DNA from: Chiloscyllium plagiosum
Taxonomy: Eukaryota
NCBI RefSeq assembly: GCF_004010195.1
Contig: NC_057711.1
Coordinates: 76,587,817 to 76,651,816, forward strand
Reading direction: 5' to 3'
Length of the DNA stretch: 64,000 bases
Shown here piece by piece: positions 51,019 to 62,280 of this stretch. Below the pieces are notes generated by a model that had not been told where the DNA came from, did not search any database, and saw only the letters and a program-made list of their open reading frames with translations. Each line of letters starts with the position of its first letter. Within the stretch, counting starts at the first letter, position 1. A program made the position numbers and the translations under genes.

Positions 51019-52455
51019 TGTGATGATTCTGTGACTTTAGAAGGTGTATTTTGTCCTTTTTTTTAACGAAGAAAAATTGAGAGAGAGGATTGAGCAATCT
51101 ATGCAGAGCTATTGGAGTAAGTAGTTTGTGATGTCTTGGGTTTTTCAAAAGTAGGAACAATTGAAGCAGCCTAAATGGGTGGGGCCAGCTCCCACAGAAC
51201 TGGGATTTTTTTTTCAGCAACAGTTGTTGCTGGGGTCTCAGCAGGGTTTGGAAACTGCAGTCTTTTTTTTCCCTGCTACACTCTCAGAGTTTTCTCTTGA
51301 TATTTTTCCTTCTGCTGCTGGAGTTGCATGTGAGACAATCTGTTTTCTGAATTTGCCTTTGTCAAGGGTATGTTTATGGGATGTTTACTGTATTGGAACA
51401 GTTATTGTTTAGTAGCAAAATAATCTACTATTCTGTTAGCTTTCCAATAGGGTTAAAGCTAAGTCAACTCTTTTCTTTATTTTTTTTCTTCTGTTTATTT
51501 TGACTATAGTGTACGAATAAAGCTTGTTTTGCTTCAAATCTGATAGATTGACCAATCAAATTGCATCTGGAACATAACACCTGATCGAATCTTGAGAAAA
51601 TTTGTAGCTAAGGTTGAGGTTCTGGATGTAGGTTTGCTCGCTGAGCTGGAAAGTTCATTTCCAGACGTTTCACCCTACTAGGTAACATCTTCAGTGGGCC
51701 TCAGGTGAAGCACTGCTTATAAGTCCTGCTTTCTATTTATATATTTGGGTTTCTTTGGGTTGGTGATGTCATTTCCTGTGGTGAAGTCACTTCTTGTTCT
51801 TTTTCTCAGGGGGTGCTAGATGGGGTCTAACCCGATGTGTTCAGTTGGAATGCCATGCTTCTAGGATGCAACAAGCAAAACTAATGTCATTTACAAAATA
51901 CTGTTCAGGGACTGTAACAAACACTACATTGGACAAACAGGCAGAAAATTTGTCACCAGGATACATGAACACCAATTAGCCACAAAAAACATGACCCTCT
52001 CTCACTAGTATCCTCACATACGGATGAGGAAAGACACCACTTAGACTGGGACAACATATCCATCCTCGGACAAGCCAAACAAAGACACGCACGAGAATTC
52101 CTAGAAGCATGGCATTCCAACTGGAACACATCGAGTTTGACTCCATCTACCACCTCTGAGAAAAAGAACAGGAAGTGACTTTACCACAGAAAATGACATC
52201 ACCACAGGAAATAACATCACCAACCCAAAGAAACCTAAACATATAAATAGAAAGCGGAACTTATCAGCAGTGCTTCGCATGAGGCCCACTGAAGATGTTA
52301 CCTAGTAGGTGAAGAAACATCTGGAAATGAACCTTCCAGTTCAGTGAGCAAACCTACATCCACAACACATTATGCTTACCCCTGAAATAAGAAAAGGTTA
52401 GGGTCTAGACTATCTTCTAAATATATTTTGAGGGAGTTTGGTCTGGTCCAAAACA
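51019..52455 (+). mobile_element. Solo LTR (Gypsy-like), interrupted by a Penelope-like element
   Basis: TGTGATG...CAAAACA ends, 4-bp flanks TTAC/CTAC, AATAAA at 51515-51520; the 3' end matches the reverse complement of 61160-61320. Confidence 0.7.
51581..52362 (+). mobile_element. Penelope-like element (family B): GIY-YIG fragment between inverted terminal repeats
   Basis: 51871 onward TSKTNVIYKILFRDCNKHYIGQTGRKFVTRIHEHQLATK..REFLEAWHS; 51624-51865 is inverted at about 52100-52361. Confidence 0.9.
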
Positions 52456-53639
52456 CTACCATCCTTCATGAAACTGCATTTATCCCAATTAAGGCCCTGT
52501 TCCTGATTAACCAACTACTTTAGATGATTCTTATCTTTCAACTCTGTACTGGCCTATGCACAAAGTCTAGCAAGTGGGAAAAATATACTGATACACTCAA
52601 GCTCATCCTAAAACACAGAGGCATTGACACCATTTACTTGGAGGAGCATCCTGGCATTCTGATCCATCTCTGATCCATCAAATCCTAAACCTGTCTGTGG
52701 CTCAGTGACTGGACTGTGGGATGGAATAGTGGCTGCAAAGGAAGGAAACGTAAACCAAGTTATAGCATTGAATTCCATTTCTGCACACAGCAACATGCCC
52801 CTATTGCAGAGAAACTTGTGGATCCAAAGTTGTGTTCCTTAGTTATTTGACGACACACATCGCCTAACAGATGTCATCTTCAATTCTAAAAGATTGCAAC
52901 TGACACTTAAAAATGACCCTAATATTTACAGAATAATATATGACCAAGTTTGTAAAATTAAACTGCGTGCCAACATTCCCACATGTCAGTGTTAATGATA
53001 AATTTATATAATTTATAGGTACATTTCTGTGTATGGACATGGAAAATAAAATAAGGAACATTTGTTAACCACAGGGTATTTGAACAAAAACACATAAAGC
53101 TATACTTGATGAATTCTATGTTAATTGATTCAATGTATTTTTAAAAAATATATTAAAATTGCTTAATGCATTTCAGGGCTAACATTTGCCATGGATGAAT
53201 GAATTACACCAGCATCAATCAAATGGATCTTGCTAAGAGATTAAATGTAGGAACAGGAATAAATAAGCTTTCTCATCATACTTGCATGAATAACAGGATG
53301 ATTAGGTATAGTCAGTTTAGGATGAAACGGATAGGAGGCACATAAATACAAGCGAACTGTTTCTGACAGTTGGTGAGTCTAGAAGGAGAGCCAATCCCAT
53401 GTGATAACATGTAAGAAAATAAGAGGGTAGGAGAAATAGCTTTACCCACAGTTGTGAGTTGTGCAATTCACTTCCAAAATAAGTGTTGAAGGCAGAAACA
53501 ATGTCAACATGCAAAATTAAATTGAATAGCAGGATGATGGAAAATAAAGATTTAGAAGGGCTTGGGAACTGGGTGAATAAATACAATAACTATTTTCTGA
53601 TCTGGATTGTATGGCCACAGTTTGAAAATCTGCCATCTA

Positions 53640-54560
53640 TGGTCTAAGGCGGGGCGTGATGTACATTGTTGGAAATGCTGTGAACTCCTCATGCACTTAG
53701 GAGATTCATTGATTTGAGCTGGGACTGCAGCCCAGTCCAATCGCGCCAAATTTTGCTGTAATTCAGGAAACGGCTAGAATTAATTCGAAGAGAATGTCCT
53801 TATGCCATTTGTCTCTACCAGTCGCCGACAGTTTCGCAAAAGTCAGCCGTGCACCATCATAAAGTGCAAATCCCAGCCAATGCTAAAATCCTACTGCAAT
53901 CACGATCAAAGGTGAAAATATTTTTTTTCAGTGCAGCTCTGAATTAGCTGTTCTCTTTGCCAAACACTGCCAGGTAAAATGCGAAATCATGCGTCATAGT
54001 ATATTTGTGTGCTTCTCGAGGTGGGTCGTGCTAACTCATCGTCATCAAGGGAAACTGACTTCCTCTTTACGGTTGATATCGGGATTGTGCTATGGCAACT
54101 TCTCTTATTTCCACTGCAATTACATTACTGATGCTGCTGCAAGGAGTCTGAGGGCGGTAGGGGGCGCCCACACCCGCCGATGGAAATCAACGGTAACTGC
54201 AGCGACAGTGAACTGGAAAGTGAGAAGAGGATATGGTTTCGCTGACTGATCGCCGTCACTCAGCCGGAATTCAACAGACAGTCGACTTGGGTTAGGAAAC
54301 AACTGCAAAAAGAGCCCTATCAAAGAGAGACGAAGAGCCCCCACGCCCTACAATAAAAGAGCAGTCGCAGATGCAAGGTCATGTCGTAGCCAGTATTCTC
54401 CATTCTCCCAGCTAGTCAGCTTCGCAGCCGCAGTTTCACTGAGCTCTCGGCAACAGCCTGACACAGAAGCCAACAGGAACAACATGCTGCTGCCGTCTCG
54501 ACCTGACCGCGAAGACGCAAGGAGCTCCAACATTGCCTGGGCATTGATTTGACTGTGAGT
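53640..54560 (+). promoter_or_regulatory. CpG-rich putative promoter and non-coding first exon of a downstream gene
   Basis: CpG retention far above background; GGCGGGGCG near 53647, CCAAT near 53737 and 53877, GGGCGG near 54152; donor-like CT|GTGAGT at 54555. Confidence 0.5.
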
Positions 54561-56969
54561 TAAATTTACTCTTTCAGATCGGTTTTTAAACTTTACGTGT
54601 TGCTACCGAAACTTGAGATTCGAATTCTCCCTGAAAAATTTAGTTTTCATTGTACGTTTAAGCTTTGCATCCAAGGAGCACAGTAAAAACGCTTACAAAA
54701 TACACAGGCATGCTTTGTTCTACGTGTTTTGATGCAGTTTCCTGACATTGGTTCCATTTTAACATGTTTCTTTAAAAGTGAACTTATTACACAGAGCTGC
54801 TGAACAGAGTTGCAGGAAATATAAATTAACTAGATATTTAGTTCATGTCTTGCAAAACTGTTACAGCAGCTCGTTGTGTTTGACTAAACTGTATTGACTC
54901 TGTTGGTGGCCTGAACAGTGGAGCAAGAAAAATTGATGAGTTTTAAGGAAGAGGATTTTGTCACCAAATGGAATCTAATTTTATTAGAAATGAATCAGAC
55001 AAATACTGTATCTAGATGGATGAAATGAATGAAAATCTTTGCCTGTCGGTAGCAGTTATGACATTCGAAGGACAATAGCCGTCTTACAATAGACACTGGT
55101 AATGCCATCCACTAGTTTCAGATCTAAAGGCAGAGTGCATTCGAGGAAGATCCTTTCAATAGTATCACGCCAGGATAATAATGCAAAGTATATTAAGCCA
55201 ATCAATTCAAATTCTTCTGCTAACAGCAATGTGAAAATACATGTAGAATCGGCAATTATTAAAAGCGTGGATGTTTGCTTTTAACTGTTCCCATGTACTC
55301 CTGACCTCTGCTGTAGATGGGTGTAAGATGTCCTGAAGTAGTGTCACATTTTCTGCTATTGATTTCTTTATTGGGTTCCAAGCAGTTCTTCCAGGGAGTG
55401 AATGACTTTGAGGAATGATGACATTTCCAGCTTGTTGGGTATGCTGACGGGTTGGATTTCTTTCACAGGACAACGCTTCTTTACCTATCATGGTCTCACG
55501 GCTCGCCTCATCCTCTCGATATTTAGCCGGGCATTGAAGTTGCCAGGATCTAATTTAAATCCAAACGCAGTTTTTTTTTATATATATGATGGGCATTATA
55601 GATCACAATTCGCTTCTGCCTTTCAAGCATTTCGTAGAAGTGCCGGAGAGGCCCTTCGGCCCATTAGCCTCTCCCGCCGAGAGTATACACCTCATAGACT
55701 CGTCCACTTTCCCGAAGTAGGGCGTGTATCGTGGTCATAACTTCAAACGCATTTAGGAGAAAACCATAATGGTCCAGGTTACTATAAAGCTCAGGGTTAC
55801 AGCAGCATGACATCAGAATGAAGTCCAAGGTCCATGAAGACAGCAGTAGGCTATTCAGCGTTTGGAATCTGCCCTGCCATTAAATTGTGAACGATCGGAA
55901 TAAGAACCGAAAGAACTGTGGAAGCTGAAAATCAAAAACAAAAAAAAAACCATAACTTGCTGGAAAAGCTCAGAAGGTCTGGCAGCATGAATGGAGAGAA
56001 ATCACTTAATTCTTTGGGTCGACCTTTCACCTTGCCAGACCTGCTGAGTTTTTCCCAACCATAACCCTTGTCCCTCTTGCCTGTCAATTCATGGTGGGTC
56101 TAAAGTTAGCTATCGAGCCTTGAAGTCCTTGAATTTACATGCGATAGATATGTAAACATTGTGATAAAATAATTCCAGCAGCTAAAGATAAAAAAGGCAG
56201 AGAAGCAAAGCTTACTATCGTGTTTGTACAACTGTAGCAGTGTCCGACGGAGAGTACAGAAGTCTCTCAGTGATATTTCCTAGCAAAATTGGTGTAAAGC
56301 TGACACGTTATTTCCAATAATCATATTCTAGTATTGATTAACTAATAATTGCGTGAAATATGATGGTTAATCCTGTTTCTTTCCATTGCTGATAGTAAGA
56401 GGAAGCAAAGTCTCCTTGAATAAAAGGAATTGACTTGTGAAAATATCAAGTTATTTACGGAAGGGATCAGGAATAATAAATCTGACACCGGGAAATTACT
56501 ATGCATAGTAAAAGTGGTCTTTGAGAAAAGATAATCAAACAATAAAATTAGCTATCAGCATAATAAGTATCAGACGTCAGGTTATGCAAATACAGATACT
56601 CTTTTGAGATTTTGTGAAGAATGAGTCATATTTAGTCGCTGAATTTGCTGTAAATTTCTTCACATACACAAAAGAGATGCCACTGCCTGTCAAGAGAAAT
56701 TATTGAAATATAGTGTCTTGCAAGGATGTGGTACTCAATGTTGCCGTGAGTGACTTATAAATATTCAACAGTTCTACGTTCATTGCCTTCTGAGGCTGAG
56801 TTATAAAATTACATGACCCTCTGAGAGGAAAAAAAATCTCTCCATCTCTGTCATATAAGGAAGTCACCTAATCTTTAAAAACAGGACCTTAGTTCTGGAC
56901 TTATTCACAAGAGGAAACTTTCCTTTCATGCCCACTTTGTCAAGACTGTTCAGGATCTTAAATGTTTTA

Positions 56970-57240
56970 AACAAAAACAGAAAATGCTGGAGAAGCTTAG
57001 CAGATCTGGTAGCATGTGTGAAGAGAGAAGCAAAGTTAATGTTTCTATCCCAAAATAACTTCAGAACTGAATTTTGAAGAAAACTCTGAAGATGTCCTGA
57101 AGAAGAACTTCATAACTGAGCTCTGAAGAGGAGTCATATTGGACGTGAAATATTAACTCTGTTTCTCTCTTCACAGTTGTTGATGAATGTCTCCAGCACT
57201 TTTTGTTTTTCTTTCCAACAACTGCACTATTTTGCTGTTA
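56970..57240. mobile_element. Family D fold-back Penelope-like mini-element
   Basis: AAAACAGAAAATGCTGGAGA...GAGAGAAGCAAAGTTAATGTTTC and inverted GAAATATTAACTCTGTTTCTCTC...TCTCCAGCAC; degenerate CTGAAGA..GAAA at 57123-57150. Confidence 0.6.
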
Positions 57241-57503
57241 CTTGAGTTCTAATGTACTTCAATCAAGTCACCAAACTCCAATGGATAAAAAGATCAGTCT
57301 GTTCAACTTTTCCTCATGAGACAGCTCACTCATTCCAGGTATCAATCTAGTAACCTTGTCTAAATTATCTCCAATAAATTTCAATCCTTCCTTACACAAG
57401 TATATCAAAACTCCACAGTTCTTGAGGTGTGGTTGCCTCACTGCCATGTATAACAGAAGCAAAACTGCCTAACATCCATATAGTTATGTTCAATGACTAT
57501 CAT

Positions 57504-57797
57504 GGGCGGCACAGTGGTTACCACTGCTATCTCACAGCGCCAGCAGACCTGGGTTCAATTCCCGCCTCAGGCAACTGACTGTGTGGGTTTGCACATTCTC
57601 CCCGTGTCTGGGTGGATTTCCCCCCACAGTCCAAAAATGTGCAGGTTAGGTGAATTAGCCATGCTGAATTGCCCATAGTGTTAGGTGAAGGGGTAAATGT
57701 AGGGGAATGGATCTGGGTAGGTTGCACTTCGGCGGGTCAATGTGGACTTGTTGGGCCGAAGGGCCTGTTTCCACACTGTAAGTAATGTAATCTAATC
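57504..57797 (+). mobile_element. HE1-type V-SINE (internally deleted) inside a minus-strand CR1 relic
   Basis: tRNA head, partial V-domain, CR1-like tail. Confidence 0.85.
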
Positions 57798-58169
57798 ATA
57801 GAAAAGAATCACATTTCATTAGCCTTCTTAAATAACTTTATTCACTGTCCCAAAACACAAAAGCACCCAGATCTCTGTGCACCTCAGAATTGTTCAGCCA
57901 TTCATCCATTTCAGCAAAACTCTTCACATTTTTCCATACTATACCCCTTCTGTCAGTTTTTTTTATTCACACACTTATCCTATCTATGTCTGTCTGTAAC
58001 CTACTTATGTCCTCTTTACTACATACTTTCTTTTCTTTCTTTATGTCATGTGCAAATATAACTACCATGGCTCTCCCCTTGTCTAAATAACTGAAATATA
58101 TTAAAAAAAAAGCTGAGGTCCAGGATCCGATGGAACTCCACTTTTCAATCAGAAAAAGACCCATTTATG

Positions 58170-59320
58170 CATATTGCAGCAACATCTGGGCAATATACAG
58201 GCTTGGGTTAACAAGTGGCAAGTAACAAGTAACAAGTGGGCAGCACGGTGGCACAGTGGTTAGCACTGCTGCCTCACAGCGTCAGAGATCCGGGTTCAAT
58301 TCCCGACTCAGGCGACTGACTGTGTGGAGTTTGCACATTCTCCCCGTGTCTGCATGGGTTTCCTCCGGGTGCTCCGGTTTCCTCCCACAGTCCAAAGATG
58401 TGCAGGTCAGGTGAATTGGCCATGCTAAATTGCCCATGGTGTTAGGTAAAGGGGTAAATGTAGGGGTATGGGTGGGTTGCGCTTCGGCGGGTCAGTGTGG
58501 ACTTGTTGGGCCGAAGGGCCTGTTTCCACACTGTAAATAATCTAATCTAATCTAAAAAAAACATTTGCACCACCCAAGTGCCAGGCAATGAATACTTCCG
58601 ATAAAAGACAATCTAACCATCACTCATTGACATTCAATGACATTACCATTACTGAATTCTGATTATCAACATCCTTGTGTAACCATTGACCAGAAATTGG
58701 ACTGAACTAGCTAAATATGGTACTATGGCAGATTAGAGTTTGGGAATTCTGTGGTGAGTAATTCACCTCTTGATTCTACACAGCATGTCCATGATCTACT
58801 AAGTACATGTCAGGGGTCTGATGGAAGACTGTCCACTTGCCTGGATGAATGCAGCTCCAACAACAACCAATAAGCTTGACAACATCCAGGCAATACATAC
58901 TTGTGGCAACACATCCACAAGTATTCACATCCCTCCACCAGTGACACACAATAAACAGAAGGGTGTACTATCTATAAGATATATTGTAGAAATTCACCAA
59001 GGCTTATTAAATCTTAAACAGCACTTTCTAAACCATTGCTATTACTGTTGAAAAGGACAAGGGCAGCTGAGACAAGGTAACACCACCACCTGCAAGTTCC
59101 CCTCTAAGCCACTCAACATGCTGACTTGAAAATATGTCACTGTTTCTTCAGTGTTGCTGGATCAAAATTTGGAACTCCCTAACAGCATTGTAGGTCTTCC
59201 TACTGCAAATAGACTGCAGAAGTTCAAGAAGTCTGCTTACTACCAGCTTTTTAAGAGCAATTCAAGTTAGATAATAAATTCTAGCACAGCCAACAAAACC
59301 TCTATTCTATGAATGAATGA
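58170..59320 (+). mobile_element. L2/CR1-group LINE 3' part
   Basis: WVNKWQVTFAPPKCQAM, MEDCPLAWMNAAPTTTNKLDNIQ, (TGAA)n tail near 59310. Confidence 0.7.
58238..58560 (+). mobile_element. HE1-type V-SINE, near full length
   Basis: Highly similar to 23739-24059; interrupts a host LINE reading QAWVNKWQVT|FAPPKCQAM. Confidence 0.92.
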
Positions 59321-59767
59321 GAAAAAAAGTGTTCTTTTCTGCCAGACAGGCAATATTTTATCCAAACTAATGTTGCCCCAGATACAATGAGCTTTTAGTT
59401 TTTACAATGATCTTTGATGTGGCAACTTATCAATTGCCTTTTGAAAATTCAAGTGTAACATTTTTACAGGCTTCCCTTTGTCCTTAATGAACACCAATAA
59501 ATTAGCTTAATATGATTTAGTTTTTGCAAAATCATGCTGAATGGTCTATATCTCTTTACTGATTAATTCTAAGATCTTCTTCATGCCAATTGTCAAACTA
59601 ACTGGCCCCCGGATTTTCTTTTTCTGTCTCCCTTCTTGAAAAGTGGGCTTATATTTGCTCCATTCCTGTCTGAAGTAACTTTTCCAGAAGCTAGACAATT
59701 TTGTAAAATAGCATCAATGCACTTAATGTCTCATCAGCCACTTTTTTTTAAGATCCTAAGTTTAGTT

Positions 59768-59885
59768 ACCTATTGCACTTGGTATTCTTAAGCAGTTTTG
59801 CATCCAAATACTAAGCAAGTCTGAACCTATTTAGCTTTCGAAGTTACACAAGATAGAGTTATTTCAGACTAGTGTGGCTATTAAA
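59768..59885 (-). pseudogene. Divergent 5S rRNA-like sequence, copy 1
   Basis: 118 nt colinear with vertebrate 5S: ..GAAAGCTAAATAGG..TTAGTATTTGGATG..GAATACCAAGTGC..; no oligo-T terminator. Confidence 0.8.
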
Positions 59886-60702
59886 TTTTAGATTTAAAAT
59901 TTATAATGTTGCAATTTCTTCACCTGTTATCCAAATAACAGAGAAGATACTGTTCCTAAAATGTGCAGTGAGGGTAGTTGATATAATTTAGAAAACCAAA
60001 ACTTCAGATGCTGAGTTAAGAGGTAGGGTCACACTTATACACATGTTCAACAAGTGTATCACGTAAACTATGCATTCTTCCTCTACAAGTGTGGAGAAGA
60101 TGATACCAATCTAAATCATTATATCTGCTATTCATGGTGATTCTTTTTAGATTGATGAAAATATACTTGAGCATTTTTTTAACTTATCTTGACTCTCTTT
60201 TGTTCTTTAGCAATATTTTTTCTCTTTTAGTTCTTTCTTTTCTGTGCTGCCTTTATTAACTATTGCATAGATTCCATTATTTTATTAAAATTGCATAGAA
60301 TAAGCTCCTGTGCCTATCAATATTTTTGTCAATGCAGCCATTGTCAGATATACATTTTGTAACTTCTAAATAACTTTATGCTGCAATTATTTCAGACCTG
60401 AACCGTCTTCTCTGAGCTGAATTTCCAGGATAATTTCCTGATCCTGCCTTTCTAAATGTATGTTAGGTATATTATTATATCTTGTATTCCAAACTTTCTC
60501 TGATGCACTAACTGCAACTGTTTCTGATTCCCTATAGTAGTGGCATAAGAGATGACATAATACCTTTAAAATTGCATCTTTTGTTGTTGTCAGCAATTTC
60601 ATTTAGTGTTCTTTCCTTTTATTAAAACATGCTGGCTGTATTTCCATTTTCTATGTTAAATTCTAGTCTTTAAGGAAACAAATGGAGAGTGATAGTTTAG
60701 AT

Positions 60703-60820
60703 ACCTATTGCACCTGGTATTCTTAAGTAGTCTTGCACCCAAATAATAACCAGGTCTGAATCTGCTAAGCTTTCAATGTTGCAAAAGATTGAGTTTTTTC
60801 AAACCAGTATGTCTATTAAA
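60703..60820 (-). pseudogene. Divergent 5S rRNA-like sequence, copy 2
   Basis: 118 nt, 935 bp from copy 1: ..GAAAGCTTAGCAG..GACCTGGTTA..GAATACCAGGTGC; shares about 55 nt of 5' flank with copy 1. Confidence 0.8.
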
Positions 60821-61159
60821 TTTTAGATTTAAAATTTATAATGTTGCAGTTTCTTTGCTGTAATTGCCAATAATCTTGAATCTCCAGATGTCAATGACTT
60901 TACCACAAAACAACACACGCTGAGGGATGTATTATTTATGCGCGTCCACAAGACTGGGGAATCATCCTCCACTTCTTATCTAAGCAGCACATTCTGTCCT
61001 TGTTTTCTCTCAACCATCCTAATTTTAGTTCTTTGACCTTTTTACCACAAAGTCACTTTTAAAAAGAAAATTACATGTTAACAATTCTAATATAGTGGCC
61101 AACATGTCTGTAAATTACCTAACAACAAATACATTTCCAATTTTGTTTGCAATATATAT

Positions 61160-61590
61160 TGTTATGGACCAGGCCTGACCCCTCAAAACATTTTTAAGCA
61201 GGTAGCCCAGACCATAACTTTTGCTATTTGTTTTGGTAAGTGTATAGTGGATATTCCTGGTGTGAATTAGCTGATCTGACTGCCAAATTTTAAACAAACA
61301 GCATTTATTTACAAAATTACTGATTGAAACACGAAGAACAGAAAATAGAATACCGGATAACTTATCCTATCCAAAAACCCGACAGACTATCCTGACTTAA
61401 TTATTCTGGAAATAATTGCAACCATCCCAATAAACACATCCCTTAGCACAAACAGTATAAATGAAACAAACTAGGGCTTACAGTCTTGAAAGAGAGAGAG
61501 AGACAGAGAGACAGAGAGAGTACCTGGCTGGACTTGCTCCAGCAGTCTTTTTTCACACACACTGCTATGGAACTGAATCAAACGAAGGCT
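61160..61590 (-). mobile_element. LTR fragment (same family as 51019-52455)
   Basis: TGTTATGGACCAGGCCTGACCCCTCAAAACAT matches the reverse complement of the 52455 end; includes a GA microsatellite at about 61490-61520. Confidence 0.65.
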
Positions 61591-61604
61591 AGTGAAGAGG
61601 CGTG

Positions 61605-62280
61605 ATGTCGAGAAGAGGCAAAGGAGGCAAAGGTCTGGAGAAAGGTGGATCAAAGTGGTGCCACAAAGTGCTCCGTGATAACATCCAGGTAATCACAAAA
61701 CCAGCCATCCGGCGCCTGGCTCAGCATAGTGGGTTCTGGATCAGTGGTGCTGGAAGAGCACAGCAATTCAGGCAGCATCCGAGGACAGGCAAAATCGACG
61801 TTTCGGGCAAAAGCTCATTTCCCCTTCCCCCACCTCATCCTAGTTTCAAACTTGCAGCTCCGCACTGTCCCCTTGACCTGTCCGGACTTGTCCGACCTGC
61901 CCAGCTCGTTTTCCACCTATCCACTCCACCCTCTCCTCCCTGACCTATCACCTTCATCTCCTTCCCCACTGACCTATTGTACTCTATGCCACTCTCTCCC
62001 CCCCCCCCCCCTCCTCTAGCTTATCTCTCCATGTTTCAGGCTCTCTGCCTTTATTCCTGTTGTAGGGCTTTTGCCCGAAACGTCGATTTTGCCTGTCCTC
62101 GGATGCTGCCTGAATTGCTGTGCTCTTCCAGCACCACTGATCCAGAATCTGGTTTCCAGCATCTGCAGTCATTGTTTTTATCAGCATAGTGGGGTCAAGC
62201 GCATCTCAGGCTTAATCGACGAGGAGACCCGTGGGGAGTTGAAGGTTTTCTTGGAGAATGTGATCTGGGATGCAGTCTCC
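61605..62280 (+). pseudogene. Histone H4 pseudogene (codons 1-43 at 61605-61733; codons 44-72 at 62194-62280)
   Basis: [43 protein letters not shown] | [29 protein letters not shown] against H4 MSGRGKGG...VIRDAVT; many Arg to Trp/His/Gln CpG-type changes; interrupted and truncated. Confidence 0.93.
61734..62180. mobile_element. Fold-back Penelope-like element inserted in the H4 pseudogene
   Basis: Inverted TTCTGGATCAGTGGTGCTGGAAGAGC / GCTCTTCCAGCACCACTGATCCAGAA; 13-bp duplication TCAGCATAGTGGG at 61721-61733 and 62181-62193. Confidence 0.9.

Noticed and set aside
60000-60660. Lys-rich minus-strand frames between the 5S-like copies as a transposase
   Set aside because: Short, stop-riddled and with no recognisable motif; explained by AT-rich composition
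61602-61943. 113-aa H4-like ORF as a novel histone variant
   Set aside because: The C-terminal part is translated TE insert bounded by a 13-bp duplication, and the H4 part shows CpG decay at invariant residues
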